Below, one piece after another: positions 30,393-39,520 of a stretch of DNA of 64,000 bases. Position 1 is the first letter of the stretch; the number at the start of each line of letters is the position of its first letter. Origin of the DNA: an uncultured Acidobacteriota bacterium. Lineage in GTDB: Bacteria; Acidobacteriota; UBA6911. Under the pieces are notes generated by a model, which saw nothing but the letters and a program-made list of their open reading frames with translations, was not told where the DNA came from and made no database searches. Location: assembly GCA_964474425.1 (NCBI GenBank), contig CAYYTC010000022.1, positions 1,486 to 65,485 of the forward strand. The letters run 5' to 3'. Position numbers and translations under genes: made by a program.

Positions 30393-31520
30393 ATGCCGAA
30401 AAAAAAGAGCGCCGGCCCTGAAACAAAGCAGGCTGCAGGAAAGAACGTCCTGAGCGCAATACGGGCGTCTGCGGAAGATATTCACGGCAAGATCATGGCG
30501 CGGAAAAAGCCCACCATGAAGCTTCCAGTGCGCTCGCTGTCCAATGTACGCTACCAGCCGCAACGCGGCTTTTTTGAAATGACGGGCCAGAAGAAAGAGC
30601 GCACCCTCACGGTCAATACCGTGAAAACCTTCGCGCAAACTCTTCGCATGGTGGCGCTGTCCAAAGAGCTTGTCGAGAACGACGATATCGCCACGAAAAG
30701 GGAAGCGTACTACGTATCCAAAAACTGGGAGGATGCCCGTTTCAACGAACAGCCGGAATCGGACACGGTCATGGATGACGTCGAAGCCTACTTCGGCATC
30801 AACCGCGAGCAGTTGGGTTTCATCCCCGAAGAAAAAGGGGGCGACGTGGCAGGACGGTTGTTCGTGGTCGACCACGACCGCGATACAGGGAAGGTGCTCC
30901 GCATCGACTGCACCAAATTCGGATCGGGCGCATACAGCATCCCTATTTCGGTCGAGCAGCTTCAGTTCGAGACCAACGCCAGCTTCATTCTCGTGATTGA
31001 AACAGCCGGGATGTTCCAAAGGCTGGTGAAGCACAACTACTGGAAGAAGGCCAACTGCATTCTCATCAGCATGGGAGGCGTGCCGACCAGGGCTTGCCGC
31101 CGCTTCATCCGGCGGCTGGCCGATTTCAAAAAGATCCCGGTCTATGTTTTTGTTGACGGAGACCCTTACGGCATCACCAACATATACCGGACGCTGAAAG
31201 TGGGGTCTGGGAACGCCGCGCACCTGAACGAATTCTTCTGCGTGCCGCAGGCCAGATTTTTGGGAATTACGCCTCGGGATATCGTCGACTACAAGCTGCC
31301 GACGCATCCGCTGAAGGACGTGGATATAAAGAGAGCCCGGGACGCCATGAAAAACGATCCTTTCATAAAACACTACCGGGAGTGGGTCCATGCGATCGAA
31401 CACCTGCTCGAAATGGGGGTTCGCGCCGAGCAGCAGGCTTTGGCAAAACACGGGCTGAACTACGTCATCGACACCTATCTGCCTGAAAAGCTCGCTCATC
31501 CGGAGCGCTTTCTGCCGTAA
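30393..31520 (+). CDS. top6A: DNA topoisomerase VI subunit A (Spo11-like; winged-helix with catalytic Tyr, plus Toprim domain)
   Basis: KREAYYVS (catalytic tyrosine context). Toprim acidic motifs ILVIETAGMF and FVDGDPYG. Confidence 0.85.
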   Translation: MPKKKSAGPETKQAAGKNVLSAIRASAEDIHGKIMARKKPTMKLPVRSLSNVRYQPQRGFFEMTGQKKERTLTVNTVKTFAQTLRMVALSKELVENDDIATKREAYYVSKNWEDARFNEQPESDTVMDDVEAYFGINREQLGFIPEEKGGDVAGRLFVVDHDRDTGKVLRIDCTKFGSGAYSIPISVEQLQFETNASFILVIETAGMFQRLVKHNYWKKANCILISMGGVPTRACRRFIRRLADFKKIPVYVFVDGDPYGITNIYRTLKVGSGNAAHLNEFFCVPQARFLGITPRDIVDYKLPTHPLKDVDIKRARDAMKNDPFIKHYREWVHAIEHLLEMGVRAEQQALAKHGLNYVIDTYLPEKLAHPERFLP

Positions 31521-31599
31521 AAATCCCAAAGATCTCTTCATATGGCCGGAAACCGGAAAGCCTGAAACGCCTGAGTTCGCGCTATGCGCTGGCATGGGT

Positions 31600-31745
31600 T
31601 CGGAGGCGCTTCATAAACTCTTGCACGCTGACTCTCACATTAAGGGTCAGCGTTCACCATCGCCTTTATCGGCTTTTGTCAGCATTATCTGATCCTGGAG
31701 CTGTCAAACTCTGTCATTCCCCCGGCAAAGCTCTGACTACGGGAC
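31600..31745. repeat. Diverged partial copy of the family-A repeat
   Basis: cggcttttgtcagc...ggagctgtcaaactctgtcattcccccggcaaagc matches the 3-prime half of the family-A element. Confidence 0.5.
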
Positions 31746-32070
31746 ATATTTGACACTATGGTCCGCTTTGTTGAGGTTACGGAAGGGACGCTGCGAAAGA
31801 AGCCCGGAAATTACTGCTTCCGTGCCGGATTCAACGCCGAAGGCGTTGCTTTCCAGAGCTCAGGGTTGGCGGAACGTACGCCAATCCTGGGCTTTGAGAC
31901 GCTGCCCCGTTGGGGCAGAATGCATAGGATATTCAGGCTGACTTGCCGGGCGATGAACTCAGTCTTGCTTGTGGGCAACAGTCAGAGCAAAGCTGGGGGA
32001 CAATCAATGGAATTCATAGTATTATCGGGCTGCCGCAATCTAAAACAGTTTTCGAAGGAGGAGTTCAAAT

Positions 32071-32943
32071 ATGTTTCGATCAACGGGCCCAGTACTTGCC
32101 GCAATACGGCTTGATGAAACCGCAACTGAAGTTCTCCGCCAGGCGGTTGAGATCGCCAGGCACTACAAGGTGAAATTGTATGTCTGCCACATCCTGCCGG
32201 ATTTGATGGCGGTTCGTCCTTTATTTCCCCAACTTCAGCTCGATGATGCCCTTCAGTCCGCACAGTTTGAAGCTGAAGCCAGGCGCTTGCTGGCTCAACG
32301 AGTCGGGGCATTTGCCAACCTGGAAGGCGGCGATTGCGAAATTCTATTGGAGTACGGGACAGAACACTCCGCCATAATAGAAACCGCCCGACGTGTTGAT
32401 GCGGGCATGATTGTAATCGGACACGGTTCGCAGGAGGAACGGCTGAGCGGAATTTCGGAGCGTGTTGTGCGTTATGCGCATTGCCCGGTCATGATAGCGC
32501 GCCCTTCCAGAAACGGCTGTGTTTTGGCCGCCACAGACTTTTCGGATCCGGCGACACCGGCCGTGGAAGCGGCCGCCTCCGAAGCAACCCGCCGACGCCG
32601 GGATCTCAGTATCATACATGCCTTTGACACCGTCAAATATGTCCTCGCTCCCGATGCCAACATGCCCGCCCTTATACCGATTGATTTTTCCACCGATATG
32701 CAAAAAGCACTGCAGGAGCGCTTGGATTCCTGTGTCCGCGAAGCCTCGGCGAAAAAGGGCATTCTTGTCCATGGCCGGGCCTCCGAGGCGATCCTTGATG
32801 CAACGGCAAACCTACCGGCGGATCTTGTAGTAGTCGGAACGCATGGGCGGACAGGCTTAAGCCGCATGGCGATGGGGAGTGTCGCCGAGACTGTAGTACG
32901 CGGCGCCGGTTGTTCAGTTCTCGTAGTAAGACTAAAAGTCTGA
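32071..32943 (+). CDS. Universal stress protein with tandem UspA domains
   Basis: Two USP domains (VVIGHGS...; VVVGTHGRTGLSRMAMGSVAE). Confidence 0.8.
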   Translation: MFRSTGPVLAAIRLDETATEVLRQAVEIARHYKVKLYVCHILPDLMAVRPLFPQLQLDDALQSAQFEAEARRLLAQRVGAFANLEGGDCEILLEYGTEHSAIIETARRVDAGMIVIGHGSQEERLSGISERVVRYAHCPVMIARPSRNGCVLAATDFSDPATPAVEAAASEATRRRRDLSIIHAFDTVKYVLAPDANMPALIPIDFSTDMQKALQERLDSCVREASAKKGILVHGRASEAILDATANLPADLVVVGTHGRTGLSRMAMGSVAETVVRGAGCSVLVVRLKV

Positions 32944-33194
32944 GCTGGGCTTCACAATCACATTGAGCAACGGGACACTGGGGCCTACCGCTGACCCCGA
33001 GTCCTTAATTGCTACGACCCGTTTGCACGAGCGACAATCCGAAGAATAAAAATGGCTTAAACTCAATTCTTATTGGGGCCGGCGGAATAAATGGTTTCAC
33101 CCGGATATCGCGAAAAAGAAACGAGCCCAGGCGGATTTTAAGCCCCTGCTCCGCGCATAGATCCACCTTAAAGCAGGGAACCAAGGGTTCGTCA

Positions 33195-34754
33195 TCAGCG
33201 ATGATTAATTGTTAAGTTCATTGCGCTATTTCTCTGGATCCCAACCGGCGGGTGAATCCGGTAAAGCATCGGCGCAACCTGATCCTGCTTGCAGTCTTTA
33301 AGCAGAAAATGCACATCAAGGAACTCGCCCTCGAAGTAGGACCAGCCCCGGGGATCTTTGCTGAGGTAAACCGGGATGCCGTCCGTCCAGGCGCTACGGA
33401 TTTTCGTTTCCACGGTTCCGGCATCCCAGTTCCAACCCGACCAGAGAATTTGCCAGCCGGGACGCAATCCGATTCCGCGGTAGTAATCGAGCACAGGACT
33501 ATAGTTGCCGGCAATAAGCAAACCCTTATCCGGAATGGAATCACGCACGACGCGGGCAAATTCGATTTTCTGCGTCTGGGCTTGACGATAGGGTGAAAGC
33601 ACTGCGAGCGCAGCTCCGAAGACAAGGATCTGGGCCGCCGCCCAGATAGCCGGACCTTTCCGGGAAAACACCCAGCGCTGATACAGAGACGCGCAGAATA
33701 TGAGCGAAGCGGGCAGAGCCACGAGGGCATATCGGGGGTGCATCTGCACATCCGCATCGCGCCACAGCACGGATATCGGCAGCAGCAGGCAGGCGACGAC
33801 TCCCCAGGCAGCATGCGGGATGGAGCCGGGGCACTGCGAACGCTCGTCCGCAGCACTCAAGGGATTCGGCCGATGGAAGAGACTGTAAAGACCCGCGCCG
33901 GCTGCGGCAAACCAGGCGCCGGGACAAACGGCCAGTGTAAACAGGAGGCTCGCCTGGAGGTTGTTCCGGAACTGTATGGGACCGGTTGGAATCGCATGAA
34001 GCCAGGTCCGGGTCCGCTCGATGAATCCGGCCGGATCCCCGAAATAGAAAACCATCGCGGGCGCCAGGGCCACGGATGCCGCTGAAACCAGGAACAGAAT
34101 TGTCGATCGGATCCGGGATCGGGTGGTGTCGCGCCGGCTGAAGATAATCCATATCAACGCGGCTGCCAGCGTCAGGGCCTGCTCCCGAATGCCGATTGCG
34201 AAGCCAAAAAAAACGCCTCCCGCAATGTCATTCCAGGGAGCCTTCTTTCTGCCGGATTTCCAAAGGATCAGCGCCGATGCAAGGAGAGCGGCAAGCATCG
34301 GGACTTCGGTCATGATAAATCCCGCATATAAAGCGTACACCGGGGATACGGCCAAACCCAAAGCCGCCATCCGGCTTGCGGGAGAACCCAGGATATTCCG
34401 GCATAATCGCTGGAAGAGTATAACCCCCAGAGCCCCCAGCAAAACGGCACCGGCCATCGTCACGGTTTCAACTTGTTGGGACTCGAGATGAAAGAGGGTT
34501 TTCGCCGATTCCCAAAGCAGGATGTTGTAACCGAGGAACGCCGGTCTTCCAATTCCAAGCGCCGAAACCTGATGGGAAACAATCTGTTTGAGATAGTCAA
34601 AACTGTCCCATTGCCCGAGAAATGGCGCGCTGTATGCGACATAGAGATAAAATGCAGTGATGGGCAGAATTATTGAAGATTTCGAAATTTTCAGTGCTCT
34701 CTCCCCATCCATCGATACAAAGGATTCTCCAATTGATAGGTCAGCCTCCGGCAT
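33195..34754 (-). CDS. Polytopic membrane protein, glycosyltransferase-39/PMT_2/DUF2723-like
   Basis: Many TM helices with an ArnT/PMT-like N-terminal region. Start placed at the internal ATG 34754 to avoid overlap with the upstream S58 peptidase gene. Confidence 0.45.
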   Translation of the reverse strand: MPEADLSIGESFVSMDGERALKISKSSIILPITAFYLYVAYSAPFLGQWDSFDYLKQIVSHQVSALGIGRPAFLGYNILLWESAKTLFHLESQQVETVTMAGAVLLGALGVILFQRLCRNILGSPASRMAALGLAVSPVYALYAGFIMTEVPMLAALLASALILWKSGRKKAPWNDIAGGVFFGFAIGIREQALTLAAALIWIIFSRRDTTRSRIRSTILFLVSAASVALAPAMVFYFGDPAGFIERTRTWLHAIPTGPIQFRNNLQASLLFTLAVCPGAWFAAAGAGLYSLFHRPNPLSAADERSQCPGSIPHAAWGVVACLLLPISVLWRDADVQMHPRYALVALPASLIFCASLYQRWVFSRKGPAIWAAAQILVFGAALAVLSPYRQAQTQKIEFARVVRDSIPDKGLLIAGNYSPVLDYYRGIGLRPGWQILWSGWNWDAGTVETKIRSAWTDGIPVYLSKDPRGWSYFEGEFLDVHFLLKDCKQDQVAPMLYRIHPPVGIQRNSAMNLTINHR

Positions 34755-34776
34755 TGGAGGAATAATTGCACGGGGA

Positions 34777-35772
34777 CTAAACGGTCCCGTGCCGGGAGGA
34801 AACGTAGTCTTTGGCAGCCGGGTACGGGCCCCACGATTCGGCTTTCCGGACTCCCCGGACAATGGCAGTTGCCAGAGCGTCTGCAGCCAGGGCCCCTATC
34901 AATCCTGCATCCGCCCCGCCCTCTGCCGTCCATGTTCCCGTACTGAGCGCAAAAACCGTGTCTCCATCCCACGGCATATGGGAAGGACTTATGGCTCGCG
35001 CCAGTCCGTCATGGGCCATTGCGGCAACTCTGGCGCACTGTATTTTGGAAAGGCTCGCATTCGATGCGACAACTGCAAGAACCGTATTTCCGTGAAAGGA
35101 GGCATCCGGCCTGCAACCCCTGCGCAGCTCTTCCATGGCGCCGGTAAATCCCTTGTTGTCTGCGGAGCGGGCGCCCGCAACGATTCTGCCCGTTGACGGT
35201 TCGACCACGTCCCCGATCGAATTGACCGCGACCAGCGCCCCCACCTTGAGTCCATCGGGCCGCGACAGGGCCCACGAACCCAGTCCGCCCTTCATGGCCC
35301 GCTCGGCGCCCAGCATTTTGCCCACGGTAGCGCCGGCGCCGGCGCCCGCATTCCCTTCAGGAACCGGGTTGCTGCTTGCGGCGCTTATTGCTTCGTAACC
35401 GGCCGAGGCATCCGGCCGGATACTGGAATTTCCAAGCGTGAGGTCGAAGAGAATGGCGCCGCACACAATAGGGACTTTGATCCCTAGGGCATCGAAGCCT
35501 CTCCCCTGCTCTTCCAGGTATCGAACCACGCCCGATCCGGCATCGAGGCCGAATGCGCTGCCGCCCGATAGCACAATCGCATCGATTTCTTCCACGCTGT
35601 TTCCCGGCTTCAGCAGTTCGGCTTCGCGCGTGCCCGGCGCGCCGCCGCGCACATCGATGGACGCCACGAAAGGCCTCGGTGCGGTGATGACGGTACAGCC
35701 TGTGGGACGTTCCGGCGAAGTATAATGCCCTACCAGAATCGGCTCGACATCCGTAAGCGATGGCGTTCGCAT
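34777..35772 (-). CDS. P1/S58-family peptidase (DmpA/L-aminopeptidase D-Ala-esterase/amidase-like, Ntn-hydrolase)
   Basis: DmpA-like sequence (VGHYTSPERPTGCTVI...; SGGSAFGLDAG; GNTVLAVVASNA). Confidence 0.7.
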   Translation of the reverse strand: MRTPSLTDVEPILVGHYTSPERPTGCTVITAPRPFVASIDVRGGAPGTREAELLKPGNSVEEIDAIVLSGGSAFGLDAGSGVVRYLEEQGRGFDALGIKVPIVCGAILFDLTLGNSSIRPDASAGYEAISAASSNPVPEGNAGAGAGATVGKMLGAERAMKGGLGSWALSRPDGLKVGALVAVNSIGDVVEPSTGRIVAGARSADNKGFTGAMEELRRGCRPDASFHGNTVLAVVASNASLSKIQCARVAAMAHDGLARAISPSHMPWDGDTVFALSTGTWTAEGGADAGLIGALAADALATAIVRGVRKAESWGPYPAAKDYVSSRHGTV

Positions 35773-36034
35773 CCTATTTTATCCTGATTGGAGTTAAGGA
35801 TCCGGAGACACGCGGTTCCCGGGATCCCATGCAGAGTGTTTCAAAATTTTGCGGCATCCGCAACTGCTTATTGAGATGACGGATTCGAGGCTTTTGTCTC
35901 CCGGCTCTTGGGCTCCAAGTCTCCTTTCTGGCGGGAAGGGGAATTCCCCCAGGCAATTTGAGGCTCAATATTTCGTGAATTCCTGGCATTTCATGCTACA
36001 AACTCCTTATCTGAAACAGGAGACACAAAATTCC

Positions 36035-36145
36035 ATGGAATTCCGTGAACCTGGCTTCTGGATTGCCCTTCTGATCGGCTTGTGCTGCCTTGGGATTTTC
36101 ATTGCCTGGTTGTGGAAAGGCGGCAGAAAACCTCCGTTGCATTGA
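36035..36145 (+). CDS. 36-aa single-TM small protein upstream of murG (MEFREPGFWIALLIGLCCLGIFIAWLWKGGRKPPLH)
   Basis: AGGAGA RBS 11 nt upstream of the ATG. Hydrophobic helix, then a basic tail. Lies in a 460-bp intergenic region 86 bp before murG. Confidence 0.35.
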   Translation: MEFREPGFWIALLIGLCCLGIFIAWLWKGGRKPPLH

Positions 36146-36231
36146 AAGAGAGCCCTCAGAGGTAGTGTATTACTCCCGGGATTTTGATAGATTAATCGCG
36201 GCTTCTTTGGCCGGGGCGAAAGCTGGTATCC

Positions 36232-38262
36232 ATGCAGGCAATCAAAAGCATTTTGTTGACCGGGGGCGGCACGGCGGGTCACGTCAACCCGGCATTGGCA
36301 ATCGGTTCGGCTCTTGCATCGGAAGGAACGCGGTTCCTTTTCGTCGGTGTTCGCGGCAGGGTCGAAGAAGAGGTCGTGCCGCGAGAAGGGATTCCGATCC
36401 GATACGTGCGGGCATCGGGATTTCCTGCCGGATTTTCCGCCGCGCTCGCCAAATTCCTTCTGAACCTGCTCATAGGATCAGTCCAATCCGCCTACATTTT
36501 GCTCAGATTCCGGCCCGATATCATCGTGGGAACCGGCGGTTATGTTTCGGCGCCCGTCATCATGGCAGCCTCCTTTCTGCGTAAAATCCGTTTGTGCAAG
36601 GCGCGCGTGTTCCTGCACGAACAGAATGCCGTCCCGGGAAAGCTGAACCGGTTGATGGGACGGGCGGCAGATCGGGTTCTGGTCACTTTCCCCGAGACTC
36701 TGATGTATTTCCCAAAAAACGGGGCGCTCGTAGGGTATCCGCTGCGCAGGCGCATAGCCAAAGTCGGCCGCGAAGAGGCGCGGCAGAGGCTGGATTTTAT
36801 GGTCCCGGAGGGAAGGAAAATCGTCCTGGTGTTCGGGGGTTCGCAGGGCTCGCGGATCATGAACCGCGCCCTGATCGACGCACTGGGCGGCCTCATTCCC
36901 GCGCGCGACCGCCTGTTCATCATTCATGGAGTCGGGCTTTTCAAGAGCCGCGAGTACCATGCCATCAAAGACACCGAAGAGCGGCTGCGCGGGTCCTACA
37001 GCGTTGAGCAGCTCCAATCCATCGAAAGCTTTTATATCTACCGTGCATTCTTTCACAATATCGAGCTCCTGTATGCCTTGAGCGACCTGGTTGTGGCGCG
37101 GGCCGGCGCCGGAAGCCTCAGCGAGATCTCGGCTATGGGGCTTCCAGCCCTGATTATTCCCAAGTCCAATCTTCCGGGCGATCATCAGGTGATGAATGCC
37201 CGTGCCATGGAGAGAGCCGGTGGCGCGGAAATCCTGTACGAACAGGTGGCCATCCTGAACGGCAGGCTTTCGGAATGGATTGACGGAAAGGTTCTGGCAG
37301 AGAAAATACTATCGTTGCTTCAGGACGATGACCGCTTGCGGCGGATGAGCCGGCACAGTCACTCTTTCCTGAACCAGAATGCCCTCGCCCTCATTGAACA
37401 GCAGATACTTGGAAACAGCGCGGTGCAGCTCCCTGACTCCGCCGTGCAGCCGACTGAGGCTTCTCCCCTTCCGGAGAACGCCGCTCTTTTGGCCAGTCTC
37501 GAGAAGGCCCACACGAAACTTCGATCCGCCTATAAACCCGAACGCGTTATCTCACGCCCGCAGGACCTGGCGTACCTTAAAAATCGGGCAAGCTCCCTGC
37601 TGCTGCATCCCGATTGGCAGGAGCGGAATGTCGGAGTCAAACTTCTGGGACTGCTCCACGCAAAGGAGAAGGTGCCTTCCCTGGTCACGCTTTTCTTCGA
37701 CCGCGAACCTGCCCCATTGCTGAAACGGATCATGGGAGGGGATTTCAAGCAGGTCGGATTCATCCGGCGCAATATCATATCGGCGCTCGTCAGGCTTAAC
37801 GAATGCTCTCCGGAAGTGGAAAAAGCGCTTCTTATGGGATTGGCAGATCCCTATTACGAGGTGAGGGTTGAGTCCGCCCATGCGGCAGCGTATTTCGGCG
37901 ACAGGCTCTCTTCCCAGGAACCTTTGATCGCGGCATTAACAAAGCTTTTGGCAGACCCGATTATCGATGTGGCGGCGGCTGCGGCCGAAGCCCTCGGGAA
38001 GATCGGGAACAGAGAGAATGCCCTGCCGGTTCTCCTCAGCATGTGGGATACGAAGTTCTGGAGGGTAAGGGCTGCCGTGCTGCGCGGAATCCTTTACCTC
38101 GTGGAGCGCGGCGAGGCGACCGATTATGAAATGCTTGAAAAGCGGGTGCCTCAGTTCATTCTGACGTCCACCGATTTCAAGCCGCAGTTTGAAATCAGGT
38201 CTGCATACCATCAGCTCATGGAATCCGTTTCCAGGAGAAAGGCCAGGGGAAGCGCGCCATGA
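36232..38262 (+). CDS. murG: MurG (undecaprenyl-PP-MurNAc-pentapeptide GlcNAc transferase, GT28) fused to a ~280-aa C-terminal HEAT/PBS-lyase-like repeat domain
   Basis: LLTGGGTAGHVNPALAIG MurG signature and GT-B fold over aa 1-~370. The C-terminal half has helical repeats (EVRVESAHAAAYFGD; IIDVAAAAAEALGKIG; FWRVRAAVLRGI). The stop overlaps the mraY start (ATGA). Confidence 0.8.
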   Translation: MQAIKSILLTGGGTAGHVNPALAIGSALASEGTRFLFVGVRGRVEEEVVPREGIPIRYVRASGFPAGFSAALAKFLLNLLIGSVQSAYILLRFRPDIIVGTGGYVSAPVIMAASFLRKIRLCKARVFLHEQNAVPGKLNRLMGRAADRVLVTFPETLMYFPKNGALVGYPLRRRIAKVGREEARQRLDFMVPEGRKIVLVFGGSQGSRIMNRALIDALGGLIPARDRLFIIHGVGLFKSREYHAIKDTEERLRGSYSVEQLQSIESFYIYRAFFHNIELLYALSDLVVARAGAGSLSEISAMGLPALIIPKSNLPGDHQVMNARAMERAGGAEILYEQVAILNGRLSEWIDGKVLAEKILSLLQDDDRLRRMSRHSHSFLNQNALALIEQQILGNSAVQLPDSAVQPTEASPLPENAALLASLEKAHTKLRSAYKPERVISRPQDLAYLKNRASSLLLHPDWQERNVGVKLLGLLHAKEKVPSLVTLFFDREPAPLLKRIMGGDFKQVGFIRRNIISALVRLNECSPEVEKALLMGLADPYYEVRVESAHAAAYFGDRLSSQEPLIAALTKLLADPIIDVAAAAAEALGKIGNRENALPVLLSMWDTKFWRVRAAVLRGILYLVERGEATDYEMLEKRVPQFILTSTDFKPQFEIRSAYHQLMESVSRRKARGSAP

Positions 38263-39365
38263 TTTACTTTCTCGGAAAATACCTTCACCCGCTTTTCGAC
38301 ACGTTTTCTTTCCTGAGGCTCGTCGACTATCTTTCGGCAAGATCCATAGGCGCGGCCCTGACCGCCATAGTGCTTACACTATTTTTTACCCCGATCTTCA
38401 TACGGTACCTCCACCGCCGCGGATACGTCGATCAGGCACGCGACACGGGTATCGCTTCAGCGTCCGACAAGGCGGGGACTCCCTCGATCGGGGGCGCCAT
38501 AATGATAGGGTGCGTTCTGGTATCGTGTCTGCTCTGGTGCAATCTTTCCAATGTATTCCTGCTGGTCGTATTGTTGGGGATGGTCTGGTTTGGCGGCATC
38601 GGCCTGATCGACGACCTCGCCAAGACGAAGGCAGGGTCCGGAGACCGAGGACTTTCGGAAACCAAGAAGCTCCTGCTCCAGGCTTTGTTTGCGGCCTCTC
38701 TGGCCATTTTTCTGACAAGCCCTTTCTCGCCGCTCCCATCCGGACAGCTTGGAGCCTTTTACCTTCCATTTTTGAAGGCCCCGCTTTTCAATTCCATATG
38801 GATCTATATGCCGATCCTGTTTTTTTTCGTGCTCGTGGTCGGCAATTCCGTGAACATAACGGACGGGCTGGACGGGCTTGCCGTCGTGCCTTCGGTATTT
38901 GTCGTGGGCGTGCTCGGTGTGTTCGGGTACCTGCTGGGTAACTCTATCTGGGCCCGATACCTGAATTATCCATTTCTTCCCGGAACCGGCGAACTGGCAA
39001 TCTTCTGCTCCGCGTTCGCCGGGGCCGGGATCGGATTCCTCTGGTTCAACGCTTACCCGGCCCAGGTTTTTATGGGAGATACCGGCTCCCTGGCCATCGG
39101 CGGATGCATGGCGGTTCTCTCGATTGTCCTGAAGCAGGAAGCCCTTTTTCTGATCCTTGGAGGCCTTTTTGTAGCCGAAGCCGCCAGCTCGCAGATCCAG
39201 GATAAGATCGGGATTCGCTGGCTGGGCAGACGGATTTTCCTGCGCGCCCCGCTGCATCACCGGATGCAGCATAAGGGGCTTGCGGAAACGAAAGTGGTCA
39301 TACGGCTCTGGATAGCCTCCGGCATATTGGCCCTGGCCGCACTGGCCACTCTGAAGCTGCGTTGA
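38259..39365 (+). CDS. mraY: Phospho-N-acetylmuramoyl-pentapeptide transferase MraY
   Basis: Strong similarity to MraY throughout (TPSIGGAIMIG; GLIDDLAKT; NITDGLDGLA; APLHHRMQHKG in place of PIHHHYE). Confidence 0.85.
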   Translation: MIYFLGKYLHPLFDTFSFLRLVDYLSARSIGAALTAIVLTLFFTPIFIRYLHRRGYVDQARDTGIASASDKAGTPSIGGAIMIGCVLVSCLLWCNLSNVFLLVVLLGMVWFGGIGLIDDLAKTKAGSGDRGLSETKKLLLQALFAASLAIFLTSPFSPLPSGQLGAFYLPFLKAPLFNSIWIYMPILFFFVLVVGNSVNITDGLDGLAVVPSVFVVGVLGVFGYLLGNSIWARYLNYPFLPGTGELAIFCSAFAGAGIGFLWFNAYPAQVFMGDTGSLAIGGCMAVLSIVLKQEALFLILGGLFVAEAASSQIQDKIGIRWLGRRIFLRAPLHHRMQHKGLAETKVVIRLWIASGILALAALATLKLR

Positions 39366-39520
39366 CCTCCGCTTGTCGCATAGGCAGTCCTGGCCCGGAT
39401 TTCTTTTGGCCTGTCGCGGCGAAACGGCGGGCAGGGAATGGACACAGGACGTGCAACAGGTGTGGAAATCCCTGGTTCCGGCGGCAATTCCACACGCCAA
39501 TTATTATTGAGGACGAGTCA

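Noticed and set aside
28707-31595. 962-aa minus-strand ORF
   Set aside because: It covers the opposite strand of top6B and top6A, which have strong domain signatures. The low-complexity R/G/H-rich translation is a high-GC artefact.
31758-32114. 118-aa ORF overlapping the usp start
   Set aside because: It falls within the repeat-containing intergenic region and has no RBS or domain. It is most likely non-coding.
35975-36000. Sigma54-like TGGCAT...TGCT element upstream of the small ORF and murG
   Set aside because: The GG-to-GC spacing does not fit the -24/-12 consensus.
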